64,000 nt of DNA from an uncultured Candidatus Entotheonella sp. GTDB taxonomy: Bacteria; Tectomicrobia; Entotheonellia; Entotheonellales; Entotheonellaceae. Shown here one piece after another: positions 55,943 to 64,000 of this stretch. The stretch spans positions 2,016,001 to 2,080,000 of the forward strand of contig OZ244252.1 in the NCBI GenBank assembly GCA_965217185.1. The letters are read 5' to 3'. Below the pieces are notes generated by a model, which searched no databases, had not been told where the DNA came from, and saw nothing but the letters and a program-made list of their open reading frames with translations. The stretch's first letter is position 1, and every line of letters begins with the position of its first letter. The position numbers and the translations under genes were made by a program.

Positions 55943-56329
55943 CTATTCGTCAGCCGGCGGCGTGTAGGGCGGCACGGCCAGCGTGCGCACGAAGGCGACC
56001 ACGTCCTGGATCTGCTGCGCCGACAGGATGTCCTTCCAGGCCGGCATGATGGGCGACAGCCCGGCCGCTGCGCCGCCGCCGCCGATGACTTTCAGGAGGT
56101 GGGCGTCGCTCAGGGCATTCATGTAGGCGCCGTCGGTGTGGTTGCGCGGCTTGGGGTCCAGGTTGGCCGATAGGGAGCCGTCGCCCTTGCCTTGCGGGCC
56201 GTGGCACAGGGCGCAGTACTGCGTATAGATTTCCTGGCCGGCGGCGGCGTCCTGAGCGTGGCCGGCCAGCGGCCACAGCAGCAGGCAGGCGAGGGCCAGA
56301 GCGGAGAGGCACGGGAGCGGTTTCAGCAT
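55943..56329 (-). CDS. Monoheme cytochrome c
   Basis: Signal peptide, CALCH, G.GDG and MPAW motifs. Confidence 0.9.
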   Translation of the reverse strand: MLKPLPCLSALALACLLLWPLAGHAQDAAAGQEIYTQYCALCHGPQGKGDGSLSANLDPKPRNHTDGAYMNALSDAHLLKVIGGGGAAAGLSPIMPAWKDILSAQQIQDVVAFVRTLAVPPYTPPADE

Positions 56330-56364
56330 GGGATTCTCCTCAGGCGACAGGGACAGGCGATGGG

Positions 56365-57306
56365 TCACTTGCTGGGTTCAACGGGAAACGCGTCGAGCGG
56401 GAAGAACTCGTAGCGCACGTACAGATCGGTGATGGTGCCCGGGGTTTCGTAGCTGGGGCGGAAGACGACGGCAAACTGTTTTTCCTCACCGGGGGCCAGG
56501 GTTTGTTGCAGGTAGCAGAAGCAGTAGATGATGTCGAGGTAGTCGGCGTGCTCCGGAGTCACGAAGACGTGCCGGGCCTTGCCGGTGACGGGCGTATCGG
56601 CCAGGTTTTTGACCCGGTAATAGGTTTGCAGGGTTTCGCCGGGCATGGCGCGCAGGGTTGGCTGCAGCGGTGCGAACGACCACGGCAGACCGGCCATCGT
56701 CTGCGCGTCGAAATGAATCTCGAGGGCCGCGGTCCAGCCCAGCACGACTCGCCATTCACCGTGTTCGCGGACCAGGGTCCAGGTTTCTTCGCCGCCGGTG
56801 ATCAGGGGTAATTGGTCGGCGGTCGCGAGTTGCCGCAGTTGCCGGCCGCGGGCGGCGCGCTCGCCGGCGGGGAGCGCCTTGAGGCCCTGTTGATCAAAGC
56901 CGAGCAGGAGGGTGCGCAGGGCCGAGTCATGGGTGTCCGGCACGATGGCCCTGAACGTCACGGTGGCGTCGTCCTGGCCCTTGATGTTGATGCTGCTGTA
57001 CTCGAAGCGGATGAACTCCGCCAGCAAGGTGGTGAGATTGAGCGCGGCGCCCGAGAAGGCGCCGTTTTCCTTCACGTAGTCACGTTTGGTTTTCAACTCG
57101 CGGTCGGCTTGTGCAATCAATTCGTAGGCGGTGGCAAAGTCGCGGGCGTAGATGGCTCGGAGGTAGGCTTCGAGCGTTTCCTCCGGGGGCTGGGCGGCAA
57201 ACGCCGCGCTGGCCGCAGCGGGGAGCGCGAACAGCAGCAGCGCCGCCAGAATGGTGGCCAGCGGTTTCAAGGCGATACGGGCGACGGGGTGGGAGGCTGG
57301 TTTCAT
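56365..57306 (-). CDS. Exported protein with C-terminal CtaG/Cox11 copper-chaperone domain
   Basis: Signal peptide; LPWSF.P, PGE, CFC and Q.L.PGE motifs. Confidence 0.8.
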   Translation of the reverse strand: MKPASHPVARIALKPLATILAALLLFALPAAASAAFAAQPPEETLEAYLRAIYARDFATAYELIAQADRELKTKRDYVKENGAFSGAALNLTTLLAEFIRFEYSSINIKGQDDATVTFRAIVPDTHDSALRTLLLGFDQQGLKALPAGERAARGRQLRQLATADQLPLITGGEETWTLVREHGEWRVVLGWTAALEIHFDAQTMAGLPWSFAPLQPTLRAMPGETLQTYYRVKNLADTPVTGKARHVFVTPEHADYLDIIYCFCYLQQTLAPGEEKQFAVVFRPSYETPGTITDLYVRYEFFPLDAFPVEPSK

Positions 57307-57337
57307 GGATGCGAGCCTGGAAAATGAGGTTGCATGT

Positions 57338-58833
57338 GAGCCACTTGCAAAACTCCGCTAGTTTGGCCTCGGAGCGGTTGTCATGAGACCGTACGGTGAA
57401 TCATTTGCCGTCGGTGGTTCCAATTGCCACGAATTCAGCCATGGCGGTGCCGAGTTCCGGCTCCCGTCTTGCGATGCGGACGCAACTCTCCCCCCTGCGT
57501 ACAGGACAGCAGCGTGTGCCGGGATGGAGGAAACGGGACCGCGAGACCAGCTTCAGGTCACCAAGCGCATCAACTGATCAACCGTGAGCGCCACAATCCC
57601 GAACATCAGATGACACAGCACCTTGGCATGGCCGCGCACGCGCACGCTGCGACCTCCGAATTCATCCTTGAGGCGACCATTGACGCGCTCGACGGTCGAG
57701 CGTTCGTGGTAACGTCTCTCCTCAGACAGGACCAACCCACAGGCACGCCGTGCCTGCCTCTCCTGCCGCAGCGCCTGCTTACGCGCGCCGCTGCGGGGGT
57801 TGACGTCGATGATCGCAACATGACCCAGGGCGCGGCTGTGGGCGCGGATTTCCGGGGCATCGTAGGCGCTGTCCATCAGGTCATACAGGTTGCGGACTCG
57901 CTCCGCCGTCAGGGTCGCCAGCGGGATGGCGACTTGGCTGTCGTGCAGCGACGCCGAGGTAAGCAGGCAACTGACCGGGATGGCGCCGTCGGCCGCGTCA
58001 ATATGCAACTTGTAGCCGCTCCATGACGTCTGATAGCCCTTGGCGTCGCGCTTGACGCCAATGTCACAGGCGTACGGCAAGTCGGCGAGCATCTCCGGCA
58101 GGGTCATGTTGCGCTGGCGCTCCAGACGGCGCGGCTCCGTGGGGCGCTCCTCGCCCTTGCGCGGACGCCCGCGCCGCCGCTTCGGCTTGGCCGGCTGCGG
58201 CGCCTTCGGGGTCGGTCTCTCGCGCCCTTCAATCGCCGTCGAATCGCGTGAAATATGGCCTGCCAGACGCTCACCCTGGGTGCGTTTGATCAGCGCCTCG
58301 TGCAGGTGGCTCGGCAAGGCGCTGTCGGCAAATTCGGCAAAGGCACGTGAAAACGTCGCCTCGCTCGGAATGTGCTTGACGCTACGCCAGCCGCACAACC
58401 GGCGCAGGGTGCTGTCGTGGCGCAGACGATCAAGCAACATCCGGGTGCTAACCAGCGCGAAGACGGCCTTGGCGATGAAGGCGCGGGCTAAGGCCGCGCG
58501 GTCGCTTGGCGGACAGCCGCGACGCCGGTGCTGGTACGGCAGCAGCGTTTCCACCCGCACCCATTCGAGCACCATGACGAAGCGCTGATGGCGTTCCCCC
58601 AGCGCCCCGATCGTTTCCTCAAGCTGCGGGAACAGCAGCGCTTGAAAGCAAGACCAGTAACTCGATAGTATCTCACGTAAGGCCATTGGGGTCGTTCCTC
58701 CTGATTCGGTTGTTTGACAACTCAACAGAATCAGAAAGCGGCCCCAATGTCCACCAATCAGCCCCAGAGCCTGCCCCGTGCTTGACACGGAGAAAGAAAA
58801 TCCCACTCGTACACGCAATTCTGCAAGTGGCTC
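57338..58833 (-). mobile_element. IS5/IS1182-like insertion sequence, copy 4
   Basis: 1496 bp, nearly identical to 10244-11739; target duplication ATGT. Confidence 0.94.
57553..58686 (-). CDS. DDE transposase (intact)
   Basis: Protein matches that of 10391-11524. Confidence 0.92.
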   Translation of the reverse strand: MALREILSSYWSCFQALLFPQLEETIGALGERHQRFVMVLEWVRVETLLPYQHRRRGCPPSDRAALARAFIAKAVFALVSTRMLLDRLRHDSTLRRLCGWRSVKHIPSEATFSRAFAEFADSALPSHLHEALIKRTQGERLAGHISRDSTAIEGRERPTPKAPQPAKPKRRRGRPRKGEERPTEPRRLERQRNMTLPEMLADLPYACDIGVKRDAKGYQTSWSGYKLHIDAADGAIPVSCLLTSASLHDSQVAIPLATLTAERVRNLYDLMDSAYDAPEIRAHSRALGHVAIIDVNPRSGARKQALRQERQARRACGLVLSEERRYHERSTVERVNGRLKDEFGGRSVRVRGHAKVLCHLMFGIVALTVDQLMRLVT

Positions 58834-58925
58834 ATGTTCCGTTTTTTTCCGTTTGCTAGCACCCTGGACGGGACGAGGGCGTGGAGCGTCTCGCCGCCAG
58901 GGCACCGAACAGGGTGCAGGATCGG

Positions 58926-59726
58926 TTAGTTATCGCCTGCCGCACAAGGGTTGCACGGATTGGCCGCGGCGCAGGGGTTACACGGGTTTGCGGCCGCGCA
59001 TGGATTGCAGGCATTGACGGCCGCGCAAGGATTGCAGGGGCTGCACGGATTTGCCGCCGCGCAGGGATTGCACGGGTTGCAGGGGTTGGTCATCGCCATT
59101 TGGGCGAAGGCCCTCTGCAACTGGGCGCCGTAAGCGGTAAGCGCCGCCAGTTCCGGCGAATCCCAGGGCAGCGCCTCAGCGGCCATGGGCTGCAACATGC
59201 AGAACTGTATCATCTCGTCCAGCGCCACCTTATCCGCTCCGGCCATGATATGCGGCATCGCCACCCGATGCGGGTAGGGCTTGGCAAAGGTGTCGTTGAA
59301 GTTGCCGTTGTTCTGGTGGCACACGCCGCACGCCAGGCCGTTGGTGCTCAGGCCGCGGTCGTTCCACAACGCCCCGCCCATCTTCAGCAAGTCCCCATGG
59401 CTCAACCCGGCATGCAGACCGGTCCCGGCTGGCCGCAAGACCTCCTGGGGATCGATCTTTCCGCCGCCCCCACAGGGATTGCAGGGATTACACGGATTGG
59501 CCGCTGCTGCGCAAGGATTGCAGGGATTACACGGGTTGCACGGATTGGCCGCCGCCGCACAAGGATTGCAGGGATTACACGGGTTGCAAGGATTTGCCGT
59601 TCCCGCACCGGTATCCATGTTCTGCTCCGTGTCGGACCACGAAACGGCTGCGAGTGACAGGGCAATGAACACGACTCCGATTAACGCCGGAAACCTCAGC
59701 GACTTCCTGGAGAAGACAAAACACAT
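58926..59726 (-). CDS. Exported cytochrome c with NPC repeat tracts
   Basis: Signal peptide, CGVCH, and (NPC)n blocks on both sides of the heme domain. Confidence 0.85.
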   Translation of the reverse strand: MCFVFSRKSLRFPALIGVVFIALSLAAVSWSDTEQNMDTGAGTANPCNPCNPCNPCAAAANPCNPCNPCNPCAAAANPCNPCNPCGGGGKIDPQEVLRPAGTGLHAGLSHGDLLKMGGALWNDRGLSTNGLACGVCHQNNGNFNDTFAKPYPHRVAMPHIMAGADKVALDEMIQFCMLQPMAAEALPWDSPELAALTAYGAQLQRAFAQMAMTNPCNPCNPCAAANPCSPCNPCAAVNACNPCAAANPCNPCAAANPCNPCAAGDN

Positions 59727-60106
59727 GACACACTTCCTCCTTCAAACGTTCTTCTATCTGGTTGACACACGACGGCACCCGACTCCTCACGACAGTCCCC
59801 CTCTCCGGGTCTGCAAGGTCGGCCGGTCTCACTGACACACACCGCAGGCGCCGCAAGTGTTAGCGAAAAACGACGGCCCGCTCATGTTTATTCCCCGTTC
59901 CACCGCCTGAGGAATTCCCACAATTCGCGGCATGGTATCACTTTTCACCCGCCGGGAAAACGTGATGAAATGGGACATTCCGATGCAGTTCCGCCCTGTT
60001 CCTGCGCGGTGCGTTGTCGTCTTCGGCGCGAATTCCAGCGAGCCGTGAGACGCCCCGTCGCTGCCCTGCCCGCCCTCCGTCCGGCCCTGGCCGACTTTGT
60101 TGCCAA

Positions 60107-60565
60107 TCACCTGCCGCGCAGGCGTTTGAACACCTCCTCAACGGCCCGCGCCGTCAACGCTTCCTGCTCTTCATCGCTCAATGCTCGAAATTGATCAGGC
60201 CCCCCGGCCAATTCCACGGCGCGGCCCTCGACTTCGTTCACCTCGTCCCGCTCTTCCTGCAGCAGTTCCGATTGCGTCCACATGACGTAGTCTGTCCCGT
60301 CAGGCAGTGTCAGTGTCACGCCGCCGCTGGGCGTCAGCGCCAGCGAAAAGTCGGGGGCGTTGGCAAGGACGTAGGCTGCGGCATCATTTCCTTGAGCGCG
60401 GTAGTATTTCCTCAGCGCGTCGCGCGAACGCGCCACCTCACCCAGTCGGCCTGCCTGCGCCAAGTCCCGTAGATGCGCCTCGATAAAAATCTTTACGTCA
60501 GAGGGCAACGCCTCCCGCCGTCTGGATTCAGCCCAGCCGTCCGAAGTGTTCATTTTCATATTCAT
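60107..60565 (-). CDS. Hypothetical protein
   Basis: ORF with AAGGGG RBS and protein-like composition. Confidence 0.5.
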   Translation of the reverse strand: MNMKMNTSDGWAESRRREALPSDVKIFIEAHLRDLAQAGRLGEVARSRDALRKYYRAQGNDAAAYVLANAPDFSLALTPSGGVTLTLPDGTDYVMWTQSELLQEERDEVNEVEGRAVELAGGPDQFRALSDEEQEALTARAVEEVFKRLRGR

Positions 60566-61504
60566 AATTGTCCCCTTCTTGCAGGGCCTTGTTGTAACAA
60601 TCAACACGTACCCGTTCGAGCGTTCTGCCGCGATGTCCCGTCGCCGGGGTCGCACCCCGATTCCCCGGTGGCTGTCGGTCAGCCGTCCTTGCCGATCTCC
60701 TTGACAGCGCCCGCGTCGCGGGCGTCAGCAGTGGGCGCCGTCGCGAGGTCGAAGCAGGCGTATGCTACCGGGGGGTCGCAGCGGGCCATGTGACTCACGC
60801 CGAGATCTGGACAGGAAGGAGCCACTATCCGGTCTCGGGGCGAGGGCACGCACGACGACAGGCGGCAGCCGCCGCCTCTACCCGGTGAAAGTCATGCAGC
60901 ATATGGCCGAGATGGGTATGGGCGGCTACGTGCGCCGGATCGAGGTCGTCGTGCGGCGCAGGCTGGTCTCGGCCTCCCCCGACGCCCCGGTCTCGCGTAG
61001 CGCGCAGCCGGACGTGGGTCTAACCCCTGTGGGCGAACCTGTTCTGTATGTTGTTGACCGAGACGGCTTTTATACACCTAAAGGCATAAAGAAAGCCATC
61101 CGTGACGGCAAGGTAAGCGCGTCTTCACGTAGGTCAGATTAGATTATTTTCGGATCAATCTGACTTGCTCGTTCGTCACCCTCCATCACGTCCCTTGAGG
61201 GGGAGTCGGCGAAACAAGGGCGCAGCCCGCAGGCGAGCCGGTGGGGGGAACTCATCGCAGTGCAACCCATGCAATGAGAACCGAAAGTGCTCTAGCCGCA
61301 GGGGTAATCCGGCAGCGGAAGCCTGCAGGCGCGGCGGGACGTGGGATCACACTTCGCCAATCCGATCTGTCGTTTGATCCGAAAACGCTCTATCTGCTGC
61401 AGGTGTTAACGGAATAACGCCATACACGCTTACCCTGCCACTTCAAATCGGGGGACTGGGTCAGCATCTATCGACATGTGGGTTGATCGGTGTTACTGAT
61501 AAAC

Positions 61505-62674
61505 ATGGAGAATCGAAGCGGCTCCTCGGGCTGGACGGTCTCGATTATGGACAATCCAAGATGTAAACAGGGCCTCAGCCTCGTTGTTGCCTGTTTGCTG
61601 ACCGCGGCTTCGCTTGTGATGGCGCAGGCTTCCGACAAGCGGGCGATCCAAATCGGTGGGGCGATAGGCATAAATGATGCCTACGGGGGTTACGGTGAGA
61701 GTAAACCGCACCGCCCTGTCGAGACGCTCGGCCCTGTTGATCCCGATATCTTCCGCCTCAATGCCGACCTGGATTATCAGAACGTCATCGGCAGGGTCGA
61801 GCATCGCTGGTACGACGGCTACGGCATGTTTCACGCCGCATGGCTGGGATACGATGGGGGCGATTCGGGCACCCTCAAGGCCGGCCTGGTACGGGTTCCG
61901 TTTGGACTGGCGGCCTATGACGCCGGCGGCGGCTGGTACTTCGACCGGCATTTCCACAACATGCTCTCCGATGACATGGATTTGGGCGTCACGTGGGGCA
62001 GGACCTTTGACAAGCTGACGCTCGACGTCGGTTACTATCCGCGCAGCGATTTCCAGACCAACCGAGAGCGTCCCGAGAATTCCAGGTACATCTACGACAG
62101 AATCAGGCCGGACGCAGAAGCCGACACGCCGGGCGACATTGCATGGGGCGCCGGGGAAAACGGGCTTGAAGAGCAGCACCGGCTCAACCTGCGGGCAGTC
62201 TATGCGCTTAGGGGCGGGGCGGAGGTGGGGGCGTCGCTGCAATACGGGCTGCTACAGGGGGCGAACGTAGGGGCGGAAGGGGGCGACCACTACGCCTTTT
62301 CGGCGCATGTGAAAAACGCCTTTTCGGACTTCACCCTTTATTCCCAGTTGACGCACTACACATACAACCTTGCGGATACGACGCCCTGGGGAACCGGTTT
62401 GATTCCCAAGGGGGCATACGATGCCGCCTGGCCGGTTGCCTCCGAGGGAATCATCCCCGCGCTGTCTTTGACCTATAACGGGATCAATACGTCAGGCATC
62501 TCATGGCTGGACAGCTTTACGCCGTATATCGAATGGAGTTCCGTCCTGAAACCGACGTCCGGACACGACGACCACACGCTGGTAACGATAGGCGCCGCCT
62601 GGACGTTGAACGGCAACGGGCGGTCGAAGCGCGGGCGCTTACTACGGGGCACCCGTCCTTTTCTGAGCCGCTGA
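61505..62674 (+). CDS. Putative outer-membrane beta-barrel/porin, possibly C-terminally degenerate
   Basis: Signal peptide and Gly/aromatic alternating strands; no terminal aromatic residue. Confidence 0.55.
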   Translation: MENRSGSSGWTVSIMDNPRCKQGLSLVVACLLTAASLVMAQASDKRAIQIGGAIGINDAYGGYGESKPHRPVETLGPVDPDIFRLNADLDYQNVIGRVEHRWYDGYGMFHAAWLGYDGGDSGTLKAGLVRVPFGLAAYDAGGGWYFDRHFHNMLSDDMDLGVTWGRTFDKLTLDVGYYPRSDFQTNRERPENSRYIYDRIRPDAEADTPGDIAWGAGENGLEEQHRLNLRAVYALRGGAEVGASLQYGLLQGANVGAEGGDHYAFSAHVKNAFSDFTLYSQLTHYTYNLADTTPWGTGLIPKGAYDAAWPVASEGIIPALSLTYNGINTSGISWLDSFTPYIEWSSVLKPTSGHDDHTLVTIGAAWTLNGNGRSKRGRLLRGTRPFLSR

Positions 62675-62718
62675 GCGGACGACTGCGAGAAACACCTCTT
62701 TCGATTTGGCCGTCATGC

Positions 62719-62750
62719 AACCCCTCCGGGATGTCCCGGAGGGGTTTTTT
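62719..62750 (+). terminator. Rho-independent terminator
   Basis: AACCCCTCCGGGA-TG-TCCCGGAGGGGTT followed by a T run, between convergent genes. Confidence 0.75.
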
Positions 62751-62757
62751 CGTCACC

Positions 62758-63087
62758 TCAGTGGCGCCGGCCGCTCACCAGGTGCATGTGCACGTGGTCC
62801 ACAACCTGACCGCCGCCCCGTCCGACGTTCACCGTCAGGCGATACCCCTGCTCAACGATATCCCATTGCGCTGCCAGCTTCTTGGCGACCACGAACAGCC
62901 GACCCATCAACTCGACGTGCTGCGCCTCGTCGATGTCGTTGACGGTGGCGACGTGCGCCTTGGGCATCAGCAGGACGTGCACCGGCGCGGTGGGGTTGAT
63001 GTCCTTGAAGACGAGGATGTCGTCGGCCTCGTAAACCACGTCAGCGGGCTGACGCTTGGCGATGATTTCACAGAAAATGCAAGCCAT
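62758..63087 (-). CDS. Histidine triad (HIT) nucleotide-binding protein
   Basis: CIFC, FKDINP, GQVV and HVHMH motifs. Confidence 0.93.
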   Translation of the reverse strand: MACIFCEIIAKRQPADVVYEADDILVFKDINPTAPVHVLLMPKAHVATVNDIDEAQHVELMGRLFVVAKKLAAQWDIVEQGYRLTVNVGRGGGQVVDHVHMHLVSGRRH

Positions 63088-63104
63088 GATCGCTGGCGCG
63101 TCCC

Positions 63105-63647
63105 CTATGCTTCCTGGCCGTCGAGCAACAGGCTGACCACCTGCGGCACGATCTCCCGCGCGCGCTGGTCCAGTTCCGCGTCGGTGAGGTTGGCGATCGG
63201 GTGCGGCATGCGCAGGAATTTGTAATCGGGAACGCCCCACGCCTGCGCCATGGCTTGGCCGGTGGCCTCGAACACGTCGGTAACGATGGAGGCGGCGGGA
63301 ACACCGAGTTTCTCAAAGAGAATGCCGTCGAGCACACTGCCCGAGCTGCACGAGCCTCAATCGCCCACCCCGGCGACCACCACGTCGCAGTCGGTGCCGA
63401 GCTCGTCAAGAATCTCCTGGTGCGCCGGCACACTGGAGTTGTGCTTGCTACGCATGATCGAGCTCTTGGCGCCGTATTCCTGCTCCAGAATCGTGCCGAT
63501 GCGGCGCAACAGCTGATCCGAGTTGAACTTGGTATTTTCCACCAGGCCGATGCGCACGTTGCGCAGCGAATCGGGCCGCGGCACGTAGGTCAGCGTCTGC
63601 TCCTCGGCCTCGGTGGTGGGATCGAACACCTGGAAGGTTCCCATCAT
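63105..63647 (-). CDS. UGSC-family selenoprotein (Sec at 63357-63359)
   Basis: ORFs 63357-63647 and 63105-63335 are in one frame: VVAGVGD-TGA-GSCSSGSVLDG..EKLGVP..PHP. Confidence 0.88.
63328..63344 (-). promoter_or_regulatory. Bacterial SECIS-like hairpin (UGSC gene)
   Basis: TCGGGCA-GTG-TGCTCGA with the stem starting 12 nt after the UGA. Confidence 0.7.
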
Positions 63648-63677
63648 CGTCTCCTTTTTCGGGTGGCCGCCGCGCCC

Positions 63678-64000
63678 CTATGGCCGGCGGATTTCTCGCG
63701 TCACGCTCTGTGACGTGCTCTTGCTGCCCCAGCCGGGGATGTAGGCCGAAAACGCGCCCGCCCGGCTGCCTGCTGCAACAATCAGAAAATCCTCTGCGGT
63801 CGGCACCAGCGGCACCATTGCCGTTTCGTCGGCCTCACTGGGCTCGCCCGCCATGAGGTGGATGCGCTTGAGCTCGGCCCGCGAGGTTTGCGTGCGCTCG
63901 AAGCAGAAGCGCCGAATGTCGTCCTTCGACCAGCCGTCCTGCCCGATCACCTGCATGTGCTCGCCGGCGAGCACCAAAACGTATTGCGGCTGGCTCCTGA
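63678..64000 (-). CDS. Conserved hypothetical protein, probable UGSC partner (5' end beyond window)
   Basis: Open to the window edge; GWSKDDIRRF and IVAAG..G.FS motifs; directly upstream of the UGSC gene. Confidence 0.65.
   Translation of the reverse strand, partial: RSQPQYVLVLAGEHMQVIGQDGWSKDDIRRFCFERTQTSRAELKRIHLMAGEPSEADETAMVPLVPTAEDFLIVAAGSRAGAFSAYIPGWGSKSTSQSVTREIRRP

Noticed and set aside
58940..59600. Short tandem repeats as a possible CRISPR array
   Set aside because: They are 9-bp codon repeats encoding NPC, with no repeat-spacer structure and no cas genes.
60762..61142. 126-aa ORF
   Set aside because: No motif or clear RBS; cannot be supported.
61165..61377. Small ORF containing CNPCN, echoing the NPC repeats
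   Set aside because: Single occurrence, TTG start, no RBS; probably chance.

Overview
GC-rich bacterial window with a mosaic layout. The gene mix (PQQ dehydrogenases, Grd and UGSC selenoproteins, CoA-transferases, many IS) suggests an uncultured Tectomicrobia/Entotheonella-like organism, but that is inference only. Core or metabolic genes (aroC, metB-like, HAD, IMPase, HIT, acyl-CoA ligase, MFS) surround a decayed mobile region at about 5.6-30 kb. That region holds an integrase pseudogene and excisionase, three adjacent IS5/IS1182-like elements, ISKra4 with derived MITEs, an IS701-like element and group II intron ends. A restriction-like defence locus lies at 34.7-46.9 kb: SNF2 helicase-DUF3883, DUF1156 DNA methyltransferase, Schlafen/AlbA_2 protein and Swt1-HEPN-DUF499 ATPase. 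The most striking observation is a complete REP-associated tyrosine transposase (RAYT) domain, bounded by a 49-bp near-perfect inverted repeat of REP doublets, sitting in frame inside the methyltransferase. A second REP doublet is translated elsewhere in the same protein. Two selenoprotein genes split by the ORF track (grdB and a UGSC-family gene) each have an in-frame UGA followed by a SECIS-like hairpin at the same 12-nt spacing. Other points of interest are a cytochrome c with 23 NPC-type Cys repeats near a CtaG/Cox11 gene, a MoxR/RavA-vWA fusion and nested group II intron 3' ends. All family assignments come from motif recognition; no searches were run.
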